A stretch of 62,393 nucleotides of DNA, filler included, from Stramenopiles sp. TOSAG23-3 (GCA_900128585.1; 4 parts of 4 records of this genome joined end to end with filler, not necessarily neighbours in it), one strand, 5' to 3'. Positions 41,241 through 53,100 are shown, counted from the first letter of the whole stretch. Translations and numbers: made by a program. The notes: generated by a model not told the origin, from the letters alone.

Positions 41241-43670
41241 TCATATTACGCTGTACGCCCGAAGCAGGTCTTGGGCAACAAAGACCACGTACAGGCCAAA
41301 CATAACAAGTCCCAACGCCTTAGACATCACGTACTTACATGCAATGATCGTGCCAATCACCGATATAAGCATTAGGATGAGGATGACCAAGGAAGTGAAC
41401 AAGTCACCATCGGGGCTCAATTTGTATGGTTCGTTGAACGCAATCAGTGCCAGGCACCACGGAAGGGGTAACCCGACGGTAACATCAAATATATTACTCC
41501 CTATTGAGCTCGAAACGGCCATATCACCGTGGCCCTGTCGAGCAACAATAACGCTGGATATCAAGTCAGGCACACTCGTGCCGGCAGCCAACAGGGTCAA
41601 GCCCATAACATTTTGCGGTATTCCAGCAAAATCCCCAAAGATGGTTGCGGACCATACCATAAAGTATGAATACATACCGATCCAAACAATGGAAAGCACG
41701 AAAGACACCATGTACAACTTTTCCCAGCCTTTTCCCCAGCGCACGTCTGGAACGGTAAAGTAGAGCAAAGCATTCAACGGCAGCAGGATAAAGTACATAA
41801 CCCTATCCGCTGTGCCGTCTGGCATTGCTAGGCTTACGCCTTCTTCTTCGGCTTCTTCTTGGTCAGCCTTCTCGTGTTCGGTGGCATGCTCGAGGCGCAA
41901 GTCTTCTGACATCTCGTGTGTGTAGACGATCGTGGAGCGATACCATACTTTAAAATCTTCCTTTGTGACTTTTTGATTGTCGCTCCCGAACAATTCTAGC
42001 CCGTGGGCAATTTCGTCGTCCGTAAAGTCACGCTCATTAATGTGTAACTTTTGCAACACCTCTTTGAAGTGAGACGCCTCCATGTAGCCTTGTTTTTCCG
42101 TATCAATGTCGTTAAATACGTCATCCATTTTGCTCTCAACAATTTTTTCTGCTGCGCTGTACCAAACTTTGAACTCATCGTAAGAAATCTGCCCTTCGCC
42201 TCCCGCGGCCTCAGAGGTATCTGACGTCATATCCTTCAGCGCGGCGTTGACGGTGTCCTCGCTCTGTGCTTTGCCCATTAATTTTTCCAGCAGTTTTCCG
42301 AGGCCAGTTTTGTCGATGAAACCATTATCGTTGGTATCGAACTGGTCGAATGTTTCCTTGACGTTTCCAAGATACCCCGCAATGGCCTGGACTTGCACTT
42401 TTCCTTTGGCGCCGTCCTGTTTTCCCATAAGAATATCCAGAATACCGACACGAAATCGAACTGCGACGCGAGTCCGCGATTCCTTCCTGCGCCTGTCACG
42501 AAACGAAAGGCCGGAGTTGCCCCCGTGGGTAGACACTAAATCGTCGTTGGTAAATCTTCTTTCTTTCGTGCCGTTTTCTGGGTCTTCTTCCGTTTTAGAT
42601 GGTGTCAATTTGGCCGTTTTATACTTCATAGAAGCCACCTTCGCGTCGAATTTACCCTTCAATGTTTCGTTGTACTTCATCAAAAGGACATATCCAAAGT
42701 ATAAACCCAATTGGATCGCAGCTTCCCACCATAGAATCATCCTCCCCCCCGACCCATCATGCCAGTTGTTGTAAAACATGGCTAGGGTAAGCAGAGTTAT
42801 GGTGTAGTATATACTGTCCCTTGTTAAGGGCCAGCCGGTCAAAGCCAGCGGTTCTTTCGAAAAGAATGCGCACATACCGATGACAAAAAGTACGTTGAAA
42901 ACGGCAGAGCCTACGATGGTACTGAAACCAACGTCGCTTCGGGCAATGAAGACCCCAATCGCAGAGGTGAACAACTCGGGAGCAGACCCACCGGCCGCCA
43001 TCAGTGTCGCTCCGGCAACATCATCCGAAACGTCCAGCTTTTCAGCCATAACCTCGAGTGATGGGACAAAGTACTCATCGCATATTACTGCCAGACCGCA
43101 AAACATATAACACAGTAGCATGATGTACAGGATGACTCCACCGCCGAACCCATCTGCGCCCATACTTGGGTACGAGCTCATATCTGAGCACTTTTTCTTC
43201 AGGAACGTGCTTTCGCCGTCGGTCTCTGCCGCTGCCCTCCAATAGGTTAGGCACTCGACGTACGGCCCTCCTGTCATTACTGTGTCGAAACATTTGTCCC
43301 CTTCGCCACCTTCGAGCGCTGTGCAGTCTTTGTGGTCTCCAGTGGTGGATGCACTGGAGCAGCACTTCCACCAAGTCTTCAGCACATCGTCGGAAGTTGG
43401 TATTGAACAACAGAACGTGCTTGTGTTTGCCGTCGTCAGAGCTCGGGAGGGCAGGATACTCTCTGCACTCCGGGGTCGGAAAGTGCTCCATGGTGCGAAG
43501 TAAGCGACCAATGTTATCATTATTGCCGCTTTAAACATTACTCGGACTTTCAGTTTGATTGAAAGCGGGGACACCGTCTTTCGATCAAGAGAGAAAGGAG
43601 AGCTGCTTTTCGAGTGGCTCAACGGAGTGAGCGCCTTTCGCAGCTGACTGCGTCGGTAGGAAGACTGCAT
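41241..43670 (-). CDS. K+-dependent Na+/Ca2+ exchanger (SLC24/NCKX) with EF-hands in the cytoplasmic loop
   Basis: Alpha-1 repeat VAGATLMAAGGSAPELF / TIVGSAVFN and alpha-2 repeat GLTLLAAGTSVPD / SSIGSNIFD; EF-hand DTNDNGFIDKTG plus degenerate EF-hands. First ATG at 43670. Confidence 0.93.
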   Translation of the reverse strand: MQSSYRRSQLRKALTPLSHSKSSSPFSLDRKTVSPLSIKLKVRVMFKAAIMITLVAYFAPWSTFRPRSAESILPSRALTTANTSTFCCSIPTSDDVLKTWWKCCSSASTTGDHKDCTALEGGEGDKCFDTVMTGGPYVECLTYWRAAAETDGESTFLKKKCSDMSSYPSMGADGFGGGVILYIMLLCYMFCGLAVICDEYFVPSLEVMAEKLDVSDDVAGATLMAAGGSAPELFTSAIGVFIARSDVGFSTIVGSAVFNVLFVIGMCAFFSKEPLALTGWPLTRDSIYYTITLLTLAMFYNNWHDGSGGRMILWWEAAIQLGLYFGYVLLMKYNETLKGKFDAKVASMKYKTAKLTPSKTEEDPENGTKERRFTNDDLVSTHGGNSGLSFRDRRRKESRTRVAVRFRVGILDILMGKQDGAKGKVQVQAIAGYLGNVKETFDQFDTNDNGFIDKTGLGKLLEKLMGKAQSEDTVNAALKDMTSDTSEAAGGEGQISYDEFKVWYSAAEKIVESKMDDVFNDIDTEKQGYMEASHFKEVLQKLHINERDFTDDEIAHGLELFGSDNQKVTKEDFKVWYRSTIVYTHEMSEDLRLEHATEHEKADQEEAEEEGVSLAMPDGTADRVMYFILLPLNALLYFTVPDVRWGKGWEKLYMVSFVLSIVWIGMYSYFMVWSATIFGDFAGIPQNVMGLTLLAAGTSVPDLISSVIVARQGHGDMAVSSSIGSNIFDVTVGLPLPWCLALIAFNEPYKLSPDGDLFTSLVILILMLISVIGTIIACKYVMSKALGLVMFGLYVVFVAQDLLRAYSVI

Positions 43671-44826
43671 AACTGTGCTTTTTCTGTTGTTGTATTTACC
43701 AGGTATAAGCTCCGCCACTTCACTTCGAACTCGACAATTGTTTTTGCGGACGAAAGGTGAGGATTTATCCGTCGTGAATTGTTAACAGTGGGTTCCCTTG
43801 AGCCACAGAGATATACGTTCCTAACGAGAAGAGGCGAACCGCAGTTTGATAATCAAAAACAAGAGGAGAGGAGGAGGAGAACAACACAACAACAACGAGA
43901 AGCAGAATCCGAGTACCATACCGGTATAATAATATTATAATACCGGTGCCGGCCACTCCTCCCGAATAATGGCTCCGTGTTGTGCCCTACTATAATACTG
44001 TTACGCCATCCCACGTTGTTAGCAGTTCGGTGGTGGTGGTTGATGGACTCGGAATGGACAGGACAGACTGGACAGACTTCGCTCCACACACCCTATACAC
44101 GTATTAATACCGGTACCGGTACCGGTACAAAAAATAAGATTAGGATCGCATTTAATTCGGCTGTTGTTTACTTAAAATCCTACGTACTGTCTATATAAAT
44201 ATATATAATAGAAGACTAATACCTAATTAGCAAGAGGAACACTACGACATAAATGTATTATACTATAATAAATTGTATTTTTATACCTATCATCAGTAAA
44301 AAATAAAAAAACTGAAAATTGCACTGCACTGTGTACTGTGAAATGTAAATGTGAAAATGTAAAATAATACCTCCAACTCTCTTGAACAACAGCTTGTGTC
44401 TGGAGTCTTTTTTCATTATTATATATAAAAATAGTATAGACTATTAACACAGCATTAAAAAAATCCAAAAAACAAATGTATTATTTTATTATCCGTTTCG
44501 TCGATTAAAATACCTCAATCCTGTGTTGATATTAAAATTATTTAAAATCAAGAAAGCCAGGAGGAAGAAGAAAGAAGGCAGCAAGAAAGAATAATAATAA
44601 TGCGTTGAGAATTTTGTAATAGTATAATATATTATCCGATTTGATTATTGAGGGAAATACATATAGGTTATATAATATAGATGTTTGTTTAAAAGAGAAA
44701 TAAGAAGGTTTCAAGAAGAGCTAGTAGATTTTTTCACAAGAAAATCCATTACAATCTTGATTGAATCACATTTCTTTGTAGTTTTCTGTGCAATAACCAC
44801 CGGCTTTAGCAAACGAATAACTAGAA

Positions 44827-46167
44827 ATGTCAGAGTCTTCTCCGGCGACGGAGGGAAAAAGTCAAATGCTACCTTCCGCTTTGAACGAGTCGACCTTTAT
44901 TACTGCGTTGGATAAACAGGCGAGGGGGGGCGCCCCAGGTGAGGAAGATGAAAAGTACGTCCCGGGGGGGCTGGATCGTGTCAACGATTTGCACGGGAAA
45001 GTTACCCACATCGTCCACAACTTGTCGGACAAACTAGGATTGGTCCTGAAAAAGCAGGAAAAGGACTTTTTGTCCGCCTACCGTGCCCATATGTACAATG
45101 TACAGAAGGAGCTTCAGAACCTACGCTCAAAAGTCGATGAAGCAGAGCTTGCGATGAAGAAGGATGCCAAAATTGTAGGGCTTCAAAAAGAGCGCAATTG
45201 GTTTCGAAAAGAAGCACTTCGCTTAGACGCGTTTGCAACCAACATCAAGAAGGACTTAAAATTCATGCGCGAAAAACTTTTGACTATCGAAGAGGACAGA
45301 AACTGGCTCGAGAAACAGTTGAAGGCGTCGAAGAAACAGAACAAACTTCTCCGTGCTGAATTGGAAATTCGACTTAGCTCGACACCTGTACATACGCCCA
45401 TGGATGATCCCCGGGCAATGTCGCCAATGTTTCCTCCGACACGACAAAGCGGCCGTTCGATGACGGCAACCCCGAGCATGGGTATGCGCGGGCCGATAGT
45501 AGGCGATGCCAACAGGAATTCAGGGATGCACCGAAGTAAGTCACAAAAGCCAAAGGCCTCTGCCAAAATAATTGCAGAAAACAAAGACCTAAAGGAAAAC
45601 GTGAGGATGCTAAAGCGGCAGTTGAAGGTAGCGCAGAATGAATTGATTAATTTGCACGCAGCGACGGTGGAGCAAGACAACGAGAAGTCGGATTTGGAAG
45701 AGTTATTTTTACGGTGCGTAGACACGGTAAAACGGGATGTGGAAAGGAGAAAGGCGGAGCCGTCCACCGGGTTTAAAGCTACTCGCACGAAACGCCAACA
45801 AGAGGGAGGGCACAATTCCTTGGGGCGCGTATCGCCGCCTGTGAAACTGAGCCAATTTACAGCACCAGATAGACGCCGCGTAGTTGAAGAACTGTTGTCC
45901 CAGGATGAAGTTCTGGCGTATTTGTACGATGCCTTGTTCCCCCCAAGTGAAGAAGAAGAAGTAGGGATGGAAGGGTCAAATATGGAGTATGAAGGTGAGG
46001 AGTACAACGAATCAATGGGTCAAGCAGGCGACTACGTGAATGGAGAACCTCTTCGAGTCCCCACCTCGACTACTGCTACGAGTAATGCAGGAGAGCAGGC
46101 ACCTACTCTGAAATTGGACCCCCAGATAAAGGAGTATTTGAGAAACGTTAGGCACTCAACGATGTAA
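44827..46167 (+). CDS. Coiled-coil protein, possibly ciliary (C-terminus reminiscent of BBOF1/CFAP157-type proteins)
   Basis: 446-aa ORF with heptads; KSDLEELFLRCVDTVK and FTAPDRRRVVEELLS..VLAYLYD segments. Family call is weak. Confidence 0.7.
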   Translation: MSESSPATEGKSQMLPSALNESTFITALDKQARGGAPGEEDEKYVPGGLDRVNDLHGKVTHIVHNLSDKLGLVLKKQEKDFLSAYRAHMYNVQKELQNLRSKVDEAELAMKKDAKIVGLQKERNWFRKEALRLDAFATNIKKDLKFMREKLLTIEEDRNWLEKQLKASKKQNKLLRAELEIRLSSTPVHTPMDDPRAMSPMFPPTRQSGRSMTATPSMGMRGPIVGDANRNSGMHRSKSQKPKASAKIIAENKDLKENVRMLKRQLKVAQNELINLHAATVEQDNEKSDLEELFLRCVDTVKRDVERRKAEPSTGFKATRTKRQQEGGHNSLGRVSPPVKLSQFTAPDRRRVVEELLSQDEVLAYLYDALFPPSEEEEVGMEGSNMEYEGEEYNESMGQAGDYVNGEPLRVPTSTTATSNAGEQAPTLKLDPQIKEYLRNVRHSTM

Positions 46168-46405
46168 AGTTGGCGGGCAGTGCGCGATGCGATAATTTTT
46201 TACGTCAGAGGGAGCGCCCATACAGAGAAGACGCTAAAATGGGAAAACTCTACGAGATATACACACACATTTGAAGAAAATTTCTGTTCCTTATGAACCG
46301 CGAAAATGGTTTTTAAAGTTTCAAATCAAATACTTACGAGAAGTAATACACACTATAAATACTATATTTCATTAGTTTTTTTTATAATTTGTTTTTTAAA
46401 AAGCG

Positions 46406-46424
46406 AACAAAAAAGTGGCTGTTA
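46406..46424. repeat. Degenerate reverse copy of dispersed CAGCCA motif
   Basis: aacaaaaaagtggctgtta in a convergent spacer. Confidence 0.55.
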
Positions 46425-46607
46425 TATAATTTGTTTTTTAAAGTATCATATGTTTATCTATGATATGGCATATGATATGAGTGAGACATCGGACGAGGAA
46501 GTTGACTACAGGTCATTTGCAAGCATTGCCAATCCACCTCAAAGATCCCACCCCCTTGTCGCCAAAGATCGGGCTGGGGGCGAGGGGGGAGAAGAGGGGG
46601 GCGGTCG

Positions 46608-47891
46608 TTACTGCTTGGAAGCCTTCTTCCCGTTCCTCCATTTAAACACTTTCCAGCTGAGACCGTTCTTCGCCAAATCTTGAACACCGTCAGCTTGCAC
46701 CATGTTGTCCTCATTTCCTTTCAGCAAACGAATGTAATTGCCACTCTTGGCGTGCTCAAAATTGTGGTGTTCACTATGGATTTCCCCTGATTTGCTTCCT
46801 GGCACAGTTTTGTTTCCATAGCGATCGCTGAACAATGGTGGTAGCACGAAATCATTTATCAGGTCCCTCACAACCGCTGAAACGAGCGGTCGTATGGCTT
46901 GCTCAAATTTGTTCAGCTTCAAGTGCTCTTCATCTTTTCCCTGGTATGCAGACATGCACGGGGGGCAATTCATTTCTAAAAGCCATACACCGCCGTCTTC
47001 ATCCGGCAGCAAGTCTGCCCCTATGAGCATAAAATTGTTTTTCGAAAGCTGGTATTTCATGAACGGGCCAGCGGCTTCTATGACGCCAGAAAAAATATGC
47101 TCCATCTTCTCCCAAACGGCAGGGTACTCGCTGGGAAGGTCAACCACCGGATAATTGTGAAAGTGATCTTCGTTGTGAACATTCGCAGCCACATTGCTTA
47201 TGTGAATCTCTCGGTCAAAGTATGAATGGGAAACGCTGCCTTCCGACCCCCCTTTGCCATTTCCAACACTCTCTACGCTGGAGCGGTACGGTTTGTTGCA
47301 GACGTGCGCAAATGCACGACGGTAGCAGTAAAACGACATGTCGGCCCTCAGAACACAGTAGGCGCGAAAATGGAATTTGAATTTTCCCTCCCATAACATG
47401 GGACGGTCCACGTACTGTTGAAGAACATACTCTGCGTTGGCACCCAGCCTATCAGTAACCTCATTCCAATTGAAGTTGCAGAACGGAAACAAACCTTCTC
47501 CTCCGTTCGCGGAAGAATCTTTTGCAATCCATGACTCGCTTGCACTACTGCTGCCGTCCGCCCCAAATTTTCGCTTGCACCAGGCGCGAAACCCAAGTTT
47601 TCCCTTGATTACATGGCTTTGCAACATCGGTGCATTGATTTTGCTTGAAAGCAGGGCCAAACTGCCTTTGTTTTCTAGCACATCGATCCCCGAGAGAAGG
47701 CTAACGACAAGACTTTTGGCCCGGATCTCCTCGTCGTTCTTTGTAGGCGTGTGAATCCATACGAAGTCAGGCGCTGCCCTCCGCGAATAGTGGGCATGAG
47801 TCTTGTAATCGTCCGCGTGCCCACCAAAAAAGAAAGTTGAAAAATTCTCTCGCACTGCCGTCCCAACCCTCGAGGATTCGTGAGGGCTCAA
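46608..47891 (-). CDS. Tubulin-tyrosine ligase family (TTL/TTLL) ATP-grasp protein; 5' end unresolved
   Basis: WIAK...NGGEG, YVLQQYVDRPML, KFHFRAY, HISN, GADLLPD, WLLEMN.PP. The track start is TTG overlapping the upstream stop; first ATG is at 47627. Confidence 0.88.
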   Translation of the reverse strand: MSPHESSRVGTAVRENFSTFFFGGHADDYKTHAHYSRRAAPDFVWIHTPTKNDEEIRAKSLVVSLLSGIDVLENKGSLALLSSKINAPMLQSHVIKGKLGFRAWCKRKFGADGSSSASESWIAKDSSANGGEGLFPFCNFNWNEVTDRLGANAEYVLQQYVDRPMLWEGKFKFHFRAYCVLRADMSFYCYRRAFAHVCNKPYRSSVESVGNGKGGSEGSVSHSYFDREIHISNVAANVHNEDHFHNYPVVDLPSEYPAVWEKMEHIFSGVIEAAGPFMKYQLSKNNFMLIGADLLPDEDGGVWLLEMNCPPCMSAYQGKDEEHLKLNKFEQAIRPLVSAVVRDLINDFVLPPLFSDRYGNKTVPGSKSGEIHSEHHNFEHAKSGNYIRLLKGNEDNMVQADGVQDLAKNGLSWKVFKWRNGKKASKQ

Positions 47892-49204
47892 GTGATAAGT
47901 ACTTCCTCTGCTTCGTCCGGGTCGCCCGTTGCCGGGCGATCGCGTACAAAACGCAGCGAGGGATTGTTTATAAGGGTTTCAACAATTTCATCCTCTCCTT
48001 TCTGCCCAATTGGATTGGAACCCACAACGATAGTCTTGAATGATGCACAACTTGCCTGTTGCGCCGAGAAAATTGAACAAATGCTTACCACCCCATCGTC
48101 CGATATTCCGTTACCGCACAGGTCTAAATACTCAAGCGTTACGGGTTTAGTGCTAAAGATAATGCTCTCGGCAATCGTTTGACACCCTTCGTTCCCCAGT
48201 CGATTCCCCAACAGCCCTAGCTGCTTCAGCCCGCTCATTGCAGCAAACAGAGCGGCAGTGTGAGGCCCAACCCTATTGTTGCTTAGGTCGAGCTCAGCTA
48301 TTTTCGAGAGTTTTAACGCATTTGCTAGTTCAACCGCCCCCTTCGCAGTTATGCCATTGTTGCGTAACTTCAGTGTTGAAGGCGACCCTTGCTGGGCTAC
48401 TGCACGGGCTACCATGCTCGCGCCTTCGTTGCCTATATTACACCCACTAATGTTCAACACTGCCATGTTGCTGAACCCACCCGCAGCAGCGAATGCCGCG
48501 CACCCCGCTGCCCCGACGAGGCCGTTGTTGCTGATATCAACGGATGACAGGCTCGGCCTGGTTTGAAGGGTGCGGCCCAGGACCAACATCCCATCCATCC
48601 CAACCCCGACATCGGACAGAACCAGACTTCTCAACCGTGAGTGGGACCCAGATAATCCCCGTAAAAGTATAGAAACACCTTCATCGCCTAGCGGGTTTCG
48701 GCTCAGCAATAGTTCTTCCAACGCCGAGTTGTTCCGAAGGGCAGCGGACAAAGCCCTCACGCCCTCCGCTCCGTCGCTCCCATCGCTGCAGTCTAACCCT
48801 TTATACTCTAGGTTCAAAGATTTGAGCCCATCGTTATTTGCCAGGCCTTCCGACAAAATTTGGAGGCCTTTTCCACCAAATTTCGAGCAACCAATAGATA
48901 AATACGCCAGGCCAGTTTTCCCATGTAAAAGTTTTGAAAACTCAGAAATGCCTTCGAACCCCAGCGTGTGGCCAGAAGCGTATAGCTCGGTCAAGTTGGT
49001 ATTTTTGGAAAGAGCCGTGCACAAACTCTTTGCGCCTTGATCGTCAAATTTTCGTGTAGACATTATGTGAAGGGACTCAAGCGATGCATCGTTTGCCCCC
49101 ACTTTGGCAACCAAGTCTTCTATCCCACGCTTTCGCCCCCACACGGAACTTTTAGGAGTAGTCGCCTTGGCCCCCGAAGCCTCCCCGCTCTGCAAAAAAT
49201 TCAT
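47888..49204 (-). CDS. RNI-like leucine-rich-repeat protein
   Basis: Approximately 28-aa LRRs (LLLSRNPLG, LNISGCNIG, LKLRNNGIT, LDLSNNRVG, LDLCGNGIS). Confidence 0.9.
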   Translation of the reverse strand: MNFLQSGEASGAKATTPKSSVWGRKRGIEDLVAKVGANDASLESLHIMSTRKFDDQGAKSLCTALSKNTNLTELYASGHTLGFEGISEFSKLLHGKTGLAYLSIGCSKFGGKGLQILSEGLANNDGLKSLNLEYKGLDCSDGSDGAEGVRALSAALRNNSALEELLLSRNPLGDEGVSILLRGLSGSHSRLRSLVLSDVGVGMDGMLVLGRTLQTRPSLSSVDISNNGLVGAAGCAAFAAAGGFSNMAVLNISGCNIGNEGASMVARAVAQQGSPSTLKLRNNGITAKGAVELANALKLSKIAELDLSNNRVGPHTAALFAAMSGLKQLGLLGNRLGNEGCQTIAESIIFSTKPVTLEYLDLCGNGISDDGVVSICSIFSAQQASCASFKTIVVGSNPIGQKGEDEIVETLINNPSLRFVRDRPATGDPDEAEEVLIT

Positions 49205-50164
49205 ATCTCGTTTGGATCGTCAAAATTAAAAATAGTTCGTTGAATATAAACAATCTGGAATATGTCTATCAATAAACTAGTCTTTCTTAATTCGAAAGTT
49301 TACAACTCTTTTAACCCCATGATGGATAAACGGTTTCAACCTTCATTCTTCTCAGGCATGATTTGTAAAATTAACAATTCTTATCACAATAATTCACAAG
49401 TAAGTCCATCTTTTTTTCTGTCCTCCTCCTCCTCACAAATTGCTCATCCCGCGCCCCCTCGCGCCTCGCGCGCACCACGCCTATTAATAACACCAGACAC
49501 TACTATATAATATACTATGAAGTATAAAAAATAATCCTATGCTGTGTCATAGTTATTCGCCTAAAAAAAAATCGTCTTCTTCTTTCTTCTTTTTACAACT
49601 TCTCTCCTCCTTTTTTTTCTATTCTTCTTCTTGCTTGTATGCTGTGAATATGTTATTATTTATTATTTATTTAATACAACACAAGAAGCCACATTGATCG
49701 ATCGATCGAGAAGATGATGATCATCATATTGTACCGGTAATGTATTATCGTGGATCATCATTATTTTTTACATTTCTATTATTTTATTACCTCTCTTCGA
49801 ATACTACCTGTACCGGTAGTATGTAGTAGTAGTACAACTTTTTTTCTAAAAAAAAAAAATGAAGAAGAATCATCATCTTCTTCTTCGGCGGCAGCGGGCG
49901 GGCGGCCTTTTTTTTCGAGAAGAGATATATAATGCGATGGAATTGGTATATAATGATTTAAAAATCTATTTTCAACACCTAGAACGTTTGCAAATAACAG
50001 GATTTTTATTTTCCCACAGTTCTTGCTGCTTTTTTAAATTATAAATCTCTATATATTATTTGCAGGCGCAAGGGAATACAGCGTTGCGGTTTCGAAGCAG
50101 AGGTATTATCGCTGCATAGTGGTCCGTCCGCCAGGGCAAAATACTGAGTCGCGCGGGAGGAAAC

Positions 50165-53100
50165 ATGGACGCGGAAACAGCTGCCGCCCTATTGCCCTCG
50201 GAACGGATAGGCAACTACTTCGTTGTCATTGGGGCGAAGGGGATAGAACACCCTGAGCCGTTAGAACCCCACCAACTGGGTAAGTTTATTACTGATATTA
50301 TAGTTTTAAATCCAAAGTATGACGAGCTCAGCGAAGACTACGACTTGGTCACCGTCGGAAAAGGGGGGTCGCGTTTGGACCTAAAAGCCTCTCGTATGTT
50401 CAAAGGGAGCCTGCTGGTTGCAGTCGAATACAATGGGCAGAGAGACCCGATCACGGACATAATTGTATGTGTAGGGGACACGCCTGCAGGTTACGAGGCG
50501 TTGATCCGGACCCCAGCAGACCAAGAAGCGTACATTGGGACAAAAAATAAAGCAAAGATTTACCTGGCAGTCAGACGAGCACCGGATAGCCCAACAGTAA
50601 TCACTTCTTTGTCAACGGTGACGGTCAGCAAGAAAGATCCCAACCCAACCTTGCCCGGTGAAGCCTTCGTACAATGCGACATTCCGTTGACGCACGGCGC
50701 ATATAGTATGAATCACACGTACCTTGTCTACGAGCGCAAAAGGGTTGTCGATGACCGCATTCAGTACAAAGCCCATATTTTAGATCGCTACCCAGTAACA
50801 GATTATTCGGATTCCCCATTCCTGCTGAATGCCGCAAGTTTTTGCTTGCCCGAAGGACTGCAAGTGGAGCTATTTGACGTAAGGAAGGTGCCGATGCCCA
50901 AGTGGTACCCATTTGTCCTGACAGAGCAGTCGGGTAGGCGAATATACGGGGCTTCGTTAGTGTTTTGGGAGCCAATTTTAAACAACGACGCAAAGGGTAA
51001 AACGGACAGTGTTTGGAGAGAGCGCTCGGGTGAGGCAGAGACAATGCTGTTGCACAAAACGAAATGCATCGCAGTTATGTCCCACCACGCATACTTTTCG
51101 CCCTTTAAAAAAATTCTGCAATTTTTGTACCGGTTGTCATTGGGGCAGAGCGTTGTGCCGATAGAACGGTATATATCCCACTTCTTAGGCACAGTCCCAT
51201 CTCCCCCTGTCTGCGGGCTCCACGAAATCGATTGGAGACTGGGCGCGGGGAACAAAATATCTTTTGCGCGCCCGGCCGCAACCCAACTGCCCTTGGTTGA
51301 CCTGTCTTTTCTGCCACTATTTCACATGTTAGATCCGAACAATGTAGCAAAGCTCTTATGTCTTTTTTTGCTGGAGAAGAAGGTATTGTTGTGCTCAACG
51401 CACATGCCTTTGCTATGTTACATAGCGGAGGCAGTCCGCTCGTTGATGTTTCCTATAGATTACCACGGTGTGTACATCCCTATGTGCTCCCATGAACTCG
51501 CTGCAGTCCTGGACGCCCCCGTACCTTTCGTCATTGGCATGAATTCAGAATACGTCAGCAGGCTCGTTGTCCCCCGTGGCGTGTGGTGCGTTGATTTAGA
51601 CACCAACTCGATGCACTGCTCTGAGGTAGAAGGCTCGTCATCGAACTCGAACAAGACCATGATCGAGAATCTATTTCTAGAGATGCGCCCGGTGAAGCGG
51701 TTTGTGCTGGGAATGACCCGGCAGTTGAAGCTGGCCGGGGTAAAAGCGGATGGAAATTGGTCTGTTATTGACGCATTTCAGACTAGCCAAGAGGGAATGT
51801 TGGCATCGACGTCTAACCTGTCTGTTGACAACATTCGCAACGAAGCGTTGAAAATGATGACAGAATTCCTTCGCACGTACCGAACGTTTTTAAATACGAA
51901 AAATGGGAAAGTGACTTGCATGGACGACATGTTCGACAAAGAGTCGTTTCTGGTAGAAGCAAAAATAGAATACCAACCATTTTTAGAGGGCCTCGTTTTG
52001 ACGCAGTGCTTTGGGGCATTTATACAAGAGCGTACGTTTCCTTCGAGCCATGAGTCCGGGTTTGTATTTTTTGACGAGTGCTTAGATTTGGACGATGAAG
52101 AAAGGGGAAAACGAGCTTCGGAGTCTCAAACTTCTTCGCGTAAACATTTGTACAAACGAGGACGCGATGATCACATTTCCGCCTCAGTAACAAAAACATA
52201 CGAAGAGTTGATTAGGGAACGCTTAGACGCTGGAGTCCGTAGTATCCAAAAACATCTGAAGCGCAGAAAAAGTCTAGGTTTCTCAAGGGAAGTGAAGGTG
52301 ACTGTATTTGAAGGGCCGAGCAAGGACAATCTTCCCGAAAACAAAGTATTCAAGTACATTGAGTGGCCAGCATTTAAACCAGATTTATTCTTGCCCAAAA
52401 TGTCGGTCATTAGAGTGCACAAAGAGGTCACCGGTGGCGAAGTCGTCGCTGCAAGGACAGAGTCGGAGTTGATTGAATGTCTCACGCAAGACAAATTGGT
52501 GTGGCAATCAAATTATAGCGCACTGCTGAACCACGAAGCAAATTCAAAGGAAAAGCAGGTAGCGTCAAGCCGAGCAGAAATTCTTTTGAAGCACTTCTTT
52601 GGGGTTTATGGAATGTGCCTGTCGAGCTCGCTAGCTTTAGACAGCGCTGCTGACTCTGTGGAAACGACAAGGTTTGAGAAGAGTCTACAAAATATCTGGA
52701 AAAGAATCACGAAATGCATAACTGTACTGGATGAAGCTACGTACCGCAGTTTATTGATAGCCTGCGGCTACTTTGGAAAGGATGGCAGGTCGTTGGGCCG
52801 CAAAATTTTTAATGTCGCGGAAGAGATCCTTGGGAGGGTTTCTGCGATTACCTACAGCCAATATTCAAAAGTGAGGGCGAACGACGACGAAATCGAGGAA
52901 GACAGCGATGAAGACAAAGAACCCCGTGGGGACGAGCCCTATAACAACCGCAGTGCTCAAGCCACAGACTCCCATGCGTGGGTTTTGATGTGGTGCAAGC
53001 AAAACTGTCCCAAGTGCAAGTACCGTCTCTTGGACGAAGGCATCTTGAATCGATTTGAAGATTCAGGCTTAGCACATACGATTAGCTGTCCCTGCTGCAA

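Noticed and set aside
46220-46231. atacagagaaga resembling the U6 snRNA ACAGAGA box
   Set aside because: Flanks lack the highly conserved U6 continuation (TTAGCATGGCCCCTG) and upstream sequence.
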